Below, piece after piece: positions 51,320 to 62,432 of a stretch of 64,000 bases of DNA (the stretch's first letter is position 1; each line of letters opens with the position of its first letter). The notes beneath the pieces were generated by a model. The model was not told the DNA's origin, ran no database searches, and saw nothing but the letters and a program-made list of their open reading frames with translations. Both the position numbers and the translations under genes were made by a program. The stretch is from Mnemiopsis leidyi (Eukaryota): assembly GCA_048537945.1 (NCBI GenBank), contig CM108484.1, forward strand, positions 9,123,785 to 9,187,784, read 5' to 3'.

Positions 51320-51495
51320 AAGTCGCCGTCCAGAGTAGTAGCCATGACGTGTGCATCTCCACAAGACACACTGGATATTGCGACGCCGTTGAAGAATGGC
51401 ACTGGAGTTGGGACTAGATAGTTATCCACCTCCTCCCCAAGTCCAAGACACCCGTCGTAGTTGCTACCGAACGCTACCTGCAGTTGTTGGATAAA
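51320..51495 (-). CDS. NEK9: RCC1-repeat exon (FIQQLQVAFGSNYDGCLGLGEEVDNYLVPTPVPFFNGVAISSVSCGDAHVMATTLDGD-)
   Basis: ctcccgCAG acceptor, GTATGT donor; ends in phase 2. Confidence 0.75.
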
Positions 51496-51586
51496 CTGCG
51501 GGAGGAACTAAGTATATCAAGTAGAATATTGGTTTCAGGAAATATTACTGTCAAGTGTAACTGTTAGTCGGGAAGTAAGTACGAAC

Positions 51587-51753
51587 CAGCTGATGCTGCT
51601 CGTCATACTCGTCCTCTACGACTGCCAGAGTGAAGTCCTCCCCGGCCACCACGTCCACCACCCCACTCCCCACCAGATGTTCTACTCGTTTAGGTGACCT
51701 GTAGCTGGCTTTGTCACCGTGCCCTAGCTGTCCGTACATTTCACCGGGCTGTC
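51587..51753 (-). CDS. NEK9: RCC1-repeat exon (GQPGEMYGQLGHGDKASYRSPKRVEHLVGSGVVDVVAGEDFTLAVVEDEYDEQHQL)
   Basis: GQLGHGD RCC1 signature; ccctcAG acceptor, GTTCGT donor. Confidence 0.75.
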
Positions 51754-51940
51754 CTGAGGGTGAAATCTTGTTGTTATTATATACAAGGGAATTTAGGATT
51801 CAAAGTCATATTCTGGTCACATTTACATGATTTAGTTGACACTAAACAAATCAGTTTTAATTTCAAACGAAAGTGCTCCATTCTTCTGGAGACATTTATA
51901 ACATTCTCCAATAAATGCTATCCAAGCAGGATGTGGGTAC

Positions 51941-52082
51941 CTGATGACCAGACATAGAGCTCCTTCTCTACAGTCACTACACAGAAATGTTTTGGTGCTA
52001 CACACACTCTTACAGCTCCCAGGTCCTTCTTGAACGTAGCCAGGGTCTGAGGTGAGGTTTTGCCTCCTCCCCAAATGTACAC
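51941..52082 (-). CDS. NEK9: RCC1-repeat exon (VYIWGGGKTSPQTLATFKKDLGAVRVCVAPKHFCVVTVEKELYVWSS-)
   Basis: RCC1 consensus (vy.wG ... v.cG..h..alt..g.vy.wG); tttCAG acceptor, GTACCC donor. Confidence 0.75.
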
Positions 52083-52439
52083 CTGAAAGTTGCAGTGAGA
52101 TTTGATCCAGCTCGAGTTGTGATTAATTTGATGAACCACGAGACCATGTTTCCTTTTCGCCGCAGATCTAATGTTATTGGTTATGTGTTATGGTTGATTA
52201 CCCACAGCAACTTAACTCAGTGGCTCGAACGTAGACTGAAGTCTTCTTCACGCTACACTGTATAGAGAACGTTTTTTGGGGAGGAATCACGAATTTCCTT
52301 TGCCATTCGACAGCTGTCAACTATTGAACAATGAGAAGCCAGGTTTGATCAATTAATATCGCACATACAAGTTACGAAAACAAATTTGCGACATCTCCGT
52401 AGGAATGTCGCGCTCTATTGAGAGTGGTTTATATTGTCG

Positions 52440-52520
52440 CGGTTTTACACTCGCTCAAAGGTGAACCTTTCGTTAGAACGGAACACGGATACAGGATACT
52501 ATCTCGACAAGGTTAATACA
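52440..52520. repeat. Third (partial) copy of the dispersed repeat family (gtcgcggtttt..tcgttagaacgg..ggatac..tctcgacaag)
   Basis: motif sharing with 15628-15700 and 44580-44700. Confidence 0.5.
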
Positions 52521-53253
52521 AGGGCGAGTCTTTGGAGTTTGGGCCCCAAGCTCTTTTGGAACCATTTAACAGTTGACTCTTCGCTTATTCTAATTTCTAA
52601 CCTCCCAATAACTCATTACTCATTATGTCGAGCGATGCTAACTAATATCAGCATGATAGTGATGTTGTCTGTAATTGATGCTAGCTGCTAGCGAATAAGG
52701 CTAGGTAGTGACCAAAACAACTAACGCAAGTAACCAGACATGATCGATGCTTGAATTACTTATTTTAAACAATAACGAAGAGAGCTTCAGTTTAGAATTA
52801 GCTTATAAACAATACGCGCGCGTGGTTTATACATATATACGCGCCAAAATGTTGCACTAAATGCGTTTATTGAAGAATTGAATAATAAAATTTAAATTCG
52901 GCGCTAGCGCGTTCCATACTTGGCGACGATCTATGAACTCTATCGATTGAAGAGTGTTTTTTCGGAAAAGCGACAACCTTCTGTCATGATAATACTTGAT
53001 ACGTATACCGTAATAATGAATCATAACAATAAACAAGAGTTTTTGCCATGAGGTTGAATAACACATCAGAAATTCACACATGGAATAATCAGTGATATTG
53101 AAAAAGAAGGATATTGAAGTGTAAACAATATCGATACGCTGATGAAACAGTATATCGATTTGACACAATCATGACAACAATTCGAAAGGACTGTGCCAGG
53201 AGGCAAGCCACCAGCTGCCGGCGACTAAGCTAACAGTTAACAAGCCTACTTAC

Positions 53254-53415
53254 TTCAGAGCTGAGGTTGGTGAGAACTGGCTGTCTTCCGGGTGACAGCT
53301 GCGAAAGACCTCGGACGTAATTTTGGGGACCTAACCGCTCTTCTAGAATCTTCTCGCACCCCTTCATGTAGGGGGTGTCTAGTATATCTTGCACGGTGGG
53401 CCGATTATCTGGATC
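53254..53415 (-). CDS. NEK9: NEK kinase-end exon (DPDNRPTVQDILDTPYMKGCEKILEERLGPQNYVRGLSQLSPGRQPVLTNLSSE)
   Basis: matches NEK NPRDRPSVNSILEKGFI; donor gaa|GTAAGT. Confidence 0.75.
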
Positions 53416-53589
53416 CTGAGTTAGAGAAAGTGTGTTAGATTGATGATGAAATTTGTTCTGATGTGGTTACAATGTACATTCTTACAGGTCTATTGATATA
53501 TGCGTGAGACTGCAGCTGATTGTTTTCAGCACTCTTTTGTTTTCAATCACAAGTCTAGCTAGCTATGTATCGCCTTTTAGTGAACATCA

Positions 53590-53850
53590 AATGTGCCAAC
53601 TTGTGTCGGTTTGTGTGCCAGTACGTTAGCATGTGTGTCAGTGTGTGTGTCAGAATATATGTCAGTATGTCAGTATGTGTGTCAGTATAAGTTTGTCAGA
53701 ATATATGTCAGTCTGTCAGTATCTGTGTCAGAATATATGTCAGTATGTCAGTATGTGTGTCAGTATAAGTTTGTCAGAATATATGTCAGTATGTCAGTAT
53801 TTGTGTCAGTATGTGTGTCAGAACATATGTCAGTGTGTCCTGGTATGTCA
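53590..53850. repeat. Tandem repeat (gtcagtatgtgtgtcagaatatatgtcag.. ~57-bp period) in NEK intron
   Basis: direct reading; the ORFs at 53593-53913 are repeat artefacts. Confidence 0.9.
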
Positions 53851-54127
53851 GTTTACAGTTATGGCCAGCTAGCTAGGCTAGTGTACCCGGAAACATACCG
53901 ATCATTAGATTAGCCCGAACTGTAATTACAGTTCTGGGCTACATCTGAACTTGTAAGAAGTTACTATGACAGTTACTATAGCACATATTATTCAGAAATA
54001 TGTACTGTGTACATCACTCAACTTGTAGGAGCGGTGGTTTCTCAGAAATGCATCCTGATTGATATCATGCACAAAAAAATTTAGAGGTCGCTAACAAATT
54101 ACTTAGAACAATATATAGACGTATTAC

Positions 54128-54193
54128 CTTTTGTAACATGCTTGTCAGTATGTTTCTCAAATCTTGGCTCCATGACTCGCTGACCGGCTTGAA
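54128..54193 (-). CDS. NEK9: NEK kinase exon, subdomain X-XI (FKPVSESWSQDLRNILTSMLQK)
   Basis: matches NEK PP.S..YS.DLR.LVSQLFKR; tttCAG acceptor, GTAATA donor. Confidence 0.8.
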
Positions 54194-55610
54194 CTGAAAT
54201 GTTAAGTTGAAAATATTTATGGTCGAACATTCAGCAGTGCTGCCTACTTTAATCAACTACCAGGAAATAGAAACATTTCTCCACGAGACTCGAGTTCGTG
54301 AAATTGACGAACAACATATCCCGGACCTCAGTACTATGTTTGGTATGTTGGCGGTCGCCAAATGTAAGTCTTACATGTCAGACATTTCGAAACCTAAAAC
54401 CAGCTAGACTCATTAAACCTTCGACATGGGCATTAAAAATTCGCCTTAAAATTTGGGAACAATTTTCAAAGGCAGTCAATGTCTGTTGTATTTTCTCTGC
54501 AGTGTGCGTGTCTACTGTCTAAAGCCGTTTATTATTTATACCACTTTTCACCTTCTAGATGCACTAAACGGTTGGACCTATCATTTAGACAGATCATCAA
54601 CTTCCCCAAGTGTTGTCCGTGATTCCCGTACACAGTTCGGACTGATTGATCGGGCGGCAAATAGATTTCCTGGAGGCTTTACCAGCCTTTCTTGTACCGC
54701 ACCAACGAGATAAAACATTGCACACCATCAACTAGAAGATCCTTAATCCATGCAATTATATACAAGGATAAGATATTATGCGTTTACGTGGTCAGAAATG
54801 ACAATATAATTAACAAGGTCATTGCAAAATTACAATTCAAAATTTATTGGCAGCAATTAGACGTGATTAAAATTGCTGCTAACGAGCCGAGACATACAAA
54901 TACTCGATTGTTTGATCCTTCGTACTCCCGCGGTCGATTTGTTACTTCTTCAGAGTGTGCTATGAAGTAAAATCGCGATGAAATAGTTGTGATTAGACGG
55001 TGATATCCAACGGCGGGTTGGATAGGTATTTTCCATCCAATAGAAGAGCTGCAGTGTTGATATTGTACTGTGCGATCGACCAATCAGAGCCGAGAGTTCA
55101 ATTTGTCCTGCTTCACCAAGATCAAGATAGCTAATAAATCATTCTACATGTTCACTTTGTGTTTTTCATTTCGGAACTTTCCGAGAAGGCGTTTAGATCA
55201 GAAGCGTGAAAAGCCAGGATATTGGTTAGACGGTACTTATGGAGTTAACCCGGGTAATTTTTCCCTGGTAATTTTTCCCAAACTCTTTTTGGTCTGATTC
55301 ATCTAAGACGTGGATGGCATAATTGATAATTTCGAAGTTTTCGTAAACACTTAGGCCGACAAGTTTCCATTATATATAAAAAGTTGACGGCATTTATTAA
55401 CATTAAGTTGCATAGCTCTTCTGATATATTAAGCGTTACAGAAGTAGCCAATTTGCTTTTTTGTCCGAGTTTTGTATATATAATTTTTTCTTGTGCATAA
55501 ATCTAAGGAATCCACCTTCCCAAACATATCATGATCATAATTTATTCATTTAAATTTTTCTATTCAAAACGACTACCATCCCTCAGCCTCTCATTCTCAG
55601 ATAGAAAAAT

Positions 55611-56585
55611 ATGGTAAATCCAGCCCTGCCAGACCCGACACTCATCTTGGCAGGTATTCTTACCCAAATAACATTCGAGAAGATAGTGGTGCGGACAAAA
55701 CTTGAGAGGCAGCTATCCCTCGACAAGAAATATTTTGAGATATCCTGGAGATTAGCAATCTTCAGTAAATATCCCGGTCTAGGCTGGCTACAGATAATTT
55801 TGTTGTCCAGTGTTGTTACCATCTTTTCCGTTCTGAGGACACCAAGAAAACATAGACTGGCTAGGGGAATCTTAACTTTATTTTTAACTTTCATTTTCAA
55901 TGTCAGTGTGGGAAGTGTTGGATTTACAGAGATCTATAACGTGGACGAACATCTAGAATATCGGATAACTCTGGAGTACTTCCAATACGCGACAACACCG
56001 ATATTCGCTTCTGCAGCGGTGGTAGTTGTGGGGAACTACCTGAAGATTCCCCGAGGAAGAACCACAGTTCGATTCGACCTGCGTACAGATAGGACAGAAG
56101 AAACGTCCCTCAGATCCCTCCTGAAGACTTACTCGCCGGGATCAGCGGTTCTTCTGACGGGGGTCTTTGCTCAACTTACTTTCGAGAAGTTATTCAGCAT
56201 TCTTATCACCTCCTACCCTACAGCGCCTGATTTCTGTGCACTGCGCGGCATCGGCAGCTGGATCCAACTTCTTTCCCTCTCTACTTTCCTTGTTTTCATC
56301 GTTCTGTGTGTGCGATCTGGCCCAAACAGGTTGTCTCAGGGGACAGTTACCTTTTTCTTCTCATTTATCTTAAACTTTAGTCTCGGTCACATCGGAGAGA
56401 TGGGAACATATTGTGGTAGTCAGTACAGCTCCAGAGTAAGGGACGTTTACAGGTATGGGACAATTCCTCTGGTCGGACTAACCGCTCTTGTTTGTTTTGC
56501 TGGTTTTTTGGTGACATTCGAGAAAGGCCGGAGTTCGGGAAACCCTCAGTGCCAACTTTCCAGAAGGGACACTGTTGCTGCATAA
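55611..56585 (+). CDS. Intronless ORF, 324 aa, predicted 8-TM membrane protein built from two homologous 4-TM halves; nested in a NEK intron on the opposite strand; no recognisable family
   Basis: long stop-free ORF in otherwise AT-rich intronic DNA; eight hydrophobic segments; halves align (LILAGILTQITFEKIV.. / AVLLTGVFAQLTFEKLF..; GILTLFLTFIFNVSVGSVGFTEIY / GTVTFFFSFILNFSLGHIGEMGTY). Confidence 0.4.
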   Translation: MVNPALPDPTLILAGILTQITFEKIVVRTKLERQLSLDKKYFEISWRLAIFSKYPGLGWLQIILLSSVVTIFSVLRTPRKHRLARGILTLFLTFIFNVSVGSVGFTEIYNVDEHLEYRITLEYFQYATTPIFASAAVVVVGNYLKIPRGRTTVRFDLRTDRTEETSLRSLLKTYSPGSAVLLTGVFAQLTFEKLFSILITSYPTAPDFCALRGIGSWIQLLSLSTFLVFIVLCVRSGPNRLSQGTVTFFFSFILNFSLGHIGEMGTYCGSQYSSRVRDVYRYGTIPLVGLTALVCFAGFLVTFEKGRSSGNPQCQLSRRDTVAA

Positions 56586-58197
56586 GAAATTACCTCGTGT
56601 TACTGAGACGTTTCGACCCTCACTAAATCTTCAACAAATTACGTTATGGGCACTCTAGCGTGGTTATTTTAGTGTCTTAGCTTTTTGTCAAAGCCTCATT
56701 GAGCAGACCTGCTAGAGCCAAGTACACTAAGTGTAGCTCTATATATAGTATAGTATAGTAGTACCTGCTCAGTCACCAGTGACTGTTATTTCTGGACATT
56801 GTTGTAAATTTTTTTACAAAATTTAAAGCAAAAACATAAAGCAAACCTATCGGGACAAAATCTCTGATGACCTGAAGCTGATCGACCCTTACACATATCA
56901 ATTACTCTCTATATAAAAAGATGGTTGGAAGCTTTGACAATATAACTTTTATCATATTTCTTTTATATTCCTAAGACAGTAACTGCTAGTCAGTGAGGAT
57001 TAATAATTTGTATTTTTTAGTGCGTGAAATTTACTTTATCTGGTTTGTGATTCTAAAGAGAGGAGAGTTTGACAAATCAATATGTTTCAGATAAAAATTT
57101 CGAACTTAAATAATCAGATCAAATAAGGTCCTGAAAACCCATAACCAAACTGATTCCAACAAAATATTTCCAGATTAAGCTGTCTAAACTCTAGAACATT
57201 ATTAAATCGAGAGGATAGCAGAAAACTTACCTATTTTTACGCAATGCCGTCATGAACTTGAGCTATTTTAAAAAGATAAGGTCCGCATTTGGAAAATCAC
57301 GCGTTATCTCAGTCCCGACAAGTCAACGACCTAATACTCAGTACCAGGTTACGAACTTTTGCTTTGTTTGGGACGATTTTCCGGGAGTAAAATTTGTTTA
57401 TCGAGGTGGGAGAACCTATCACAGATACTTTACTTGTGTAGACAAAGGAAAATGAGCGTATTCTGGAACAATTAGGTATGCGGTTTATATTAGGAGATAT
57501 AGGTTGGCTTACATGAGGTTTATGGTAGAAAAAGTTTGAGATATCTCAAACTTACACCTAAATAACTATAGAGCATAGCGTGTTTACTTCCCCTAAACTG
57601 AAGATTTAGGTTCTCATGAACGGACTTACCAACAATATCAAAAAGACTGGCACCTACCTTACTTTAAGTAAAACTGCTTATCGAAAACGAATTGAGATCT
57701 TCAAGTTAAAATTAAGTTTACCTTTTACTCTGTATACAAAATGACGTAGTAAAAGCTGAAAGTTAAAACTCGCCTAGTAAAGCTACTTCACGACAAAGTA
57801 CAAGTGGAAGTACAAAACACCTCTCTTGAACGACAAAGTACAAGTGGAAGTACAAAACACCTCTCTTGTACTTGGTGGGGTTCCCAGGACAAGACAAGGT
57901 GTTACTTCTTTTAACCAACCACACACAACACTGAACACAACACTACTACACGATATCTTAACGCGACACTACACTACTACACGACATCGTAACATGGCGT
58001 GTTCTGATGTTAGACAGAACATTACCGACATGACATTAGAACTGAAATTAATATTGAAGTATAGAAAATTGTATTTGTGCACTGTGTATCTTCCACAATG
58101 TACTTTGCACACCTTATTTAGTTAAATTGTACAATATACTTTAAAATACATTTTCAATTTCACAATATTCAGTGTATGATGTATAAAAGTATCTCAC

Positions 58198-58327
58198 CTC
58201 TTTAGTAACGATACTGTAAACAAGACGAAGCTGGTTTGTGGCGTCGAAAGTCTTGCGTAGCTCCAACATCTCATATAGAACACAGCCACACGACCAAACA
58301 TCACTCTTGTAACCGTACGGTAAACCC
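58198..58327 (-). CDS. NEK9: NEK kinase exon, subdomain IX (GLPYGYKSDVWSCGCVLYEMLELRKTFDATNQLRLVYSIVTKE)
   Basis: matches NEK Y..KSDIWSLGCVLYEL...F.A; acceptor ttttgCAG, donor GTGAGA. Confidence 0.8.
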
Positions 58328-58334
58328 CTGCAAA

Positions 58335-58510
58335 AGCAATGAGATCACTTGGTTACTTGGTTACTTGGTTACTTGGTTACTTGGTTACTCGTTTACTTGG
58401 TTACTTGATAACTCGTTTACTTTGTTACTTGTTTACTTGGTTACTCGGTTACTCGGTTACTCGGTCACTCGGTTACTTGGTTACTCGGTTACTTGGTTAC
58501 TCGGTTACTT
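58335..58510. repeat. Short-period tandem repeat (ggttact[ct]g)n immediately 5' (minus sense) of the NEK kinase exon
   Basis: direct reading; ORF 58236-58553 is an artefact. Confidence 0.9.
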
Positions 58511-59107
58511 GGATCTAACCGATAATCTCGAAAACCGTGTATTGATTTTCTAGGTTCTATTTAGAAATAAATGTCCGGACCGGTTTAAATGATAAAATGG
58601 CTAATCTTCACTGCGATTTTAGTTAAATTTGATCCTTATGATATTGCCCTACTTCCACTATTAAAGAGAGTCTACAAAAGAAACAGTTTAAAATGAGAAT
58701 ATTGAAAGCACTGGCCGGAAATCTACGTCATGTATTTGAATATACGTGTATGTGCCTCTGAACTTCTTCCACAAAGCAATTTCTCACACGTCAATCCCAT
58801 TGTTGTCCAGGGTCCTTCCATTGTCGACATTTATGAGATAATACAGAGGTAGTACATCAAAAAAGGAGCAAAACAATGTGAAAGTGTGGGACCTAGAAAC
58901 GCGCTAGTATCATAACAAGACGTTTTCGACTGAGTATCTGTCTCGACAATGGAACTCCTTTCCGCAAGACGGACATTGGTCCTCATTGTCTAATTCCATT
59001 GTCCTTTGTACAAAGATACCAGCTAGCTCCATCATTCCGCTCATTTTTACTTGTGCGCACCAGATCGCCAAACGTTAGTTGACGTTAGTTGGATTTGATT
59101 TCGTAAG

Positions 59108-59259
59108 ATGGAGAAGTTGGTTTTGTTAACACTACTGGGTGTTGCTGCTGGAGAGCTGGTAAACATCGCCCCCAATGGCACTATCAGCGCTACTTCAATT
59201 GGGTGGGGTGGTGCCCCCAGCAGGGCCATAGATGGAAACACTAATGGTTATTGGGGCGG
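59108..59259 (+). CDS. FTL gene exon 1: signal peptide + domain-1 part a (MEKLVLLTLLGVAAGELVNIAPNGTISATSIGWGGAPSRAIDGNTNGYWG-)
   Basis: ATG 59108; donor gg|GTGAGT. Confidence 0.85.
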
Positions 59260-59386
59260 GTGAGTTTAAATATATTGAGAATTAAATGCTGTCGTCAGAA
59301 AATCAAAACTTTGATCTGACTGAAAAATGTAACTTTAGCTGGCATCTCTACTAAAATCCCAGACTGTAAACATTTCACGTTCTCAG

Positions 59387-59531
59387 TGGATCCTGCTACC
59401 ACTCAGCCTCGTGGCAAGGAAGCAAACTGACCCTGGCTCTGCCTGGAGAAGAGTTTGGAGCAACCTGGCCGGTTTACAACGTCAGTGTTTTCAACAGACT
59501 CGACACGTGTTGTGATCAGCGGATACAGGGC
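59387..59531 (+). CDS. FTL domain 1 part b (GSCYHSASWQGSKLTLALPGEEFGATWPVYNVSVFNRLDTCCDQRIQG)
   Basis: tctCAG acceptor, GTGAGT donor. Confidence 0.85.
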
Positions 59532-59714
59532 GTGAGTATTGAGTATAAATAGTCTCATTTGTGCGGTATACGTGGATATGTAAAATGTATCACTCGAGAT
59601 ATTATTTTGCATGTGCATATTTGAAGAAAAATTAACCGGGGAAACCGATTCCCAAACAAGAATGTCTCCCCCAACTCCTCTGCCAGCAGTAAAACTATTT
59701 TCCCCGACATTCAG

Positions 59715-59868
59715 GTAGAGGTGTGGCTAGATGAACACATGTGTGGTGCTCTCACGTTTGTGGAAGGACAGAAGGAGTACATGGTTAACTGTGAGGGTAA
59801 GACCGGTAGTATCGTCACCGTACACCATCCCTCTCAGTACCTACAGATTTGTGAGCTTCAAGTGTTTG
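59715..59868 (+). CDS. FTL domain 1 part c (VEVWLDEHMCGALTFVEGQKEYMVNCEGKTGSIVTVHHPSQYLQICELQVF-)
   Basis: cattCAG acceptor, g|GTGAGT donor. Confidence 0.85.
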
Positions 59869-60134
59869 GTGAGTTTCTCCTCTGTAATTTTTAATACAAT
59901 TATATATATATTCAGAATTGGATAAAACATATAAGGATAACCTTGAAAAAATATTCAGTTTAGTTTGCAGTAAAAAACCTCTATACCTAATTGTCGCGGT
60001 GAACCGGCTCATGATGCTTGCAGCTCCACTGCAGTAGCCACTAAAAATTGCATGGCAGAATGCCTGCAATAGTTGCTGCTTTACATGGCCAGCAGTATAG
60101 TCATATTAACGATGTCTAACTTTACTCACTCCAG

Positions 60135-60270
60135 TTGACTCATCCTACACACCCGACATACCGACCTATGTCAATGTAGCCAAGGAGGGCTCTGCCAGCG
60201 CCACCAGTGTAGGTTGGGGCGGAGTAGCAAGCAGGGTCATGGACGGAAATACCAACGGATACTGGAACGG
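60135..60270 (+). CDS. FTL domain 2 part a (VDSSYTPDIPTYVNVAKEGSASATSVGWGGVASRVMDGNTNGYWN-)
   Basis: cactcCAG acceptor, gg|GTAAGT donor. Confidence 0.85.
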
Positions 60271-60449
60271 GTAAGTAGAGTCGAGTATTTTCTTAAGAAA
60301 TCAGAGTCTAACTCAAGTTATCAAGGATAGCATGAATTAGTTCACATGTTCACATGTTGAATGATCTACTGCATCCTTGTTTCATTGTTTGGTAAATGAA
60401 TTTTTACGACAAAGTCTTAAATCTCGAACTAAATAACTTTCCTTAACAG

Positions 60450-60594
60450 ACAGTCGTGCTATCACTCCGGTAACGCGAACAACAACAGAGTGACAGTGTC
60501 CCTCCCGCACTCAGAGATAGGTATCACCTACCCTGTGTCCATGGTCAGGGTCTACAACAGGATGGACTCTTGCTGCGATCAGAGGATTGAAAAT
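60450..60594 (+). CDS. FTL domain 2 part b (GQSCYHSGNANNNRVTVSLPHSEIGITYPVSMVRVYNRMDSCCDQRIEN)
   Basis: ccttaaCAG acceptor, GTAGGG donor. Confidence 0.85.
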
Positions 60595-60743
60595 GTAGGG
60601 CACTAGGACAGTAGGGCACCGTGTTTAAAGTTTGCTTGAAATAAATCCGTCAGCTAGTTATCCCCGTTGCAATATCTGTTGGAGGTAAGGTAATCTTGAC
60701 GTGTTAAAAACCCTAGACATTGAAATCATAACATCAATTGCAG

Positions 60744-60897
60744 GCACAGGTGTTTGTTGGTGATCACATGTGCGGACAGATCAAGTTCGTAGAAGGTAAA
60801 AAAGCGTACTCGTTTGACTGTGGTCGGAAGAACGCTAGCGAGGTTTCAGTCAGACTTAGTTCAGGCTGGCTCCAAGTCTGCGAAATTGAAGTTCTTG
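60744..60897 (+). CDS. FTL domain 2 part c (AQVFVGDHMCGQIKFVEGKKAYSFDCGRKNASEVSVRLSSGWLQVCEIEVL-)
   Basis: aattgCAG acceptor, g|GTAAGA donor. Confidence 0.85.
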
Positions 60898-61118
60898 GTA
60901 AGATTCTGAGATAATGCTTCTCAAACGGTTTGCTCACTAAATGACAAGCTGATTTGTTAATTGGTGATTACGAAAAAAGGGTTCCAATACACATCGATTT
61001 TTTTGTTTACCAATTCTACTCCTTAACAATCGCCTCTTTGTAGTTATTGACTACTAGCTTTATGACAGTTGCATGCTTGCAAATGAAAATTTCACAAATA
61101 TAGTGGTTCATTAATCAG

Positions 61119-61257
61119 TTTTGGAGGAAGACATACCAACGGACATTCCCAATTTCATTAACGTTGCGATAAATGGTACAGCTTCTGCTTCATCTGTTAG
61201 TTGGGGAGGTGTAGCAGCTAGAGTTAATGATGGGGACACAAACGGATTTTGGGGAGG
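61119..61257 (+). CDS. FTL domain 3 part a (VLEEDIPTDIPNFINVAINGTASASSVSWGGVAARVNDGDTNGFWG-)
   Basis: ttaatCAG acceptor, gg|GTAAGT donor. Confidence 0.85.
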
Positions 61258-61267
61258 GTAAGTTGAA

Positions 61268-61400
61268 CGCTGAGCGTGTGTAACAGTGTAACAGTGTAAC
61301 AGTGTAACAGCGTAACATTGTAACATTGTAACAGCGTAACAGCGTAACAGTGTAACAGTGTAACAGCGTAACAGTGTAACAGTGTAACAGTGTAAGTTTG
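61268..61400. repeat. (gtaacag)n heptamer microsatellite starting 10 bp after the domain-3a splice donor
   Basis: direct reading; ORFs 61111-61481 (-) are artefacts. Confidence 0.9.
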
Positions 61401-61553
61401 TCGTGTTTGTTTGTACCACGTAACAGAGCTAAATATATCCCAGACAGGCCATATCACATATGTAACCACCTTAATCGTCAACCTGAAATCCTGGTAATTA
61501 ATTACTTTTCAATTTAAAATTGCTCCACCTAGTCCACATTCCCACCATTCCAG

Positions 61554-61701
61554 ACGATCCTGCTACCACTCAGTAGACCGTGCCGGACAACACCAAGTGG
61601 CAGTTTCACTTCCTGCCGGAGAGTTCGGTATCAAGTACCCGGTATCTTTTGTCAATGTCTACAATAGACTCGACTCGTGTTGTGATCAACGTCTTAACGG
61701 T
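61554..61701 (+). CDS. FTL domain 3 part b (GRSCYHSVDRAGQHQVAVSLPAGEFGIKYPVSFVNVYNRLDSCCDQRLNG)
   Basis: ccattcCAG acceptor, GTAAGT donor. Confidence 0.85.
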
Positions 61702-61939
61702 GTAAGTAGAATTCTTTGTCGTTTATTTATTGATTGTTCCCAGGGTAACAATATGTTAACTCCGGTTAATTGACAATGAAAGACATATGGTGAGCACATA
61801 GTTTACTTGAATGCCAAAGATATCAACTCTTCGACTGTGAATAGTACAAGCAGAGTAAAACTAGAAAGCCGAACTCAATACTGATCTCGGGGCTCAGTGA
61901 GGATAAACCTGACGATACTAAATATCCTAATCCACTCAG

Positions 61940-62096
61940 GCGATGGTTTACGCTGATGAGCACCAGTGTGGACAGGTCCAGTTCAAAGAGGGACAGCAAG
62001 CCTACACGTTTGACTGTGGTGAAAAGGAAGCTAGCGAGGTTTCTGTTAGATTGAGTAACGGACAGTCTCTCCAAGTGTGTGAGCTCGAGGTTTTAG
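61940..62096 (+). CDS. FTL domain 3 part c (AMVYADEHQCGQVQFKEGQQAYTFDCGEKEASEVSVRLSNGQSLQVCELEVL-)
   Basis: ccactCAG acceptor, g|GTACGA donor. Confidence 0.85.
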
Positions 62097-62261
62097 GTAC
62101 GACTTATCGATCGTCATGATTATCACACAATATTTCGGTTTCTATAGGCGATCTATATATGAGGTCACGTATATATATATATATATATATATATATTCAC
62201 GATGCGCAAGAAGTGTCAGAAGTAATTCATTTAAAAATATATTCACAGTACTAACAATAAC

Positions 62262-62430
62262 AGTAACCAACAGTACTCTCTCTTCACCAATCACAGTAAA
62301 AATGATAACACTCTCTCTTCACCAATCACAGTAAAAATGATAACACTCTCTCTTCACCAATCACAGTAGAAATGATAACACTCTCTCTTCACCAATCACA
62401 GTAGAAATGATAACACTCTCTCTTCCCCTC
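62262..62430. repeat. 38-bp tandem repeat x4 (ctctcttcaccaatcacagtaaaaatgataacact) ending in the acceptor of FTL domain-4a exon; each unit is a degenerate copy of that 3' splice-site region
   Basis: unit ...ataacactctctcttcaccaatcacag vs real acceptor ataacactctctcttcccctcag. Confidence 0.85.
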
Positions 62431-62432
62431 AG

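Larger units (their letters stand above)
45999..58327 (-). other. NEK9: NEK8/NEK9-like NIMA-related kinase gene (kinase C-lobe exons, RCC1 repeats, Ser-rich region, C-terminal coiled coil); 13 exons in window; N-terminal kinase exons are beyond 58327
   Basis: exons 58198-58327, 54128-54193, 53254-53415, 51941-52082, 51587-51753, 51320-51495, 50824-50969, 49875-50014, 48088-48232, 47820-47952, 47621-47723, 47294-47429, 45999-46636; all GT-AG, all phases chain; kinase subdomains IX-XI followed by RCC1 repeats is the NEK8/9 architecture, and a C-terminal coiled coil fits NEK9. Confidence 0.75.

Noticed and set aside
53593-53913. Two overlapping ORFs with MSVCQYVCQ repeats
   Set aside because: Translation of the gtcagtatgtg tandem repeat.
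58236-58553. ORF with WLLGY repeats
   Set aside because: Translation of the (ggttactyg)n repeat on the wrong strand; it overlaps the genuine minus-strand NEK exon at its 5' end.
61111-61481. Minus-strand ORFs with CYTVTLL repeats
   Set aside because: (gtaacag)n heptamer artefact within an FTL gene intron.
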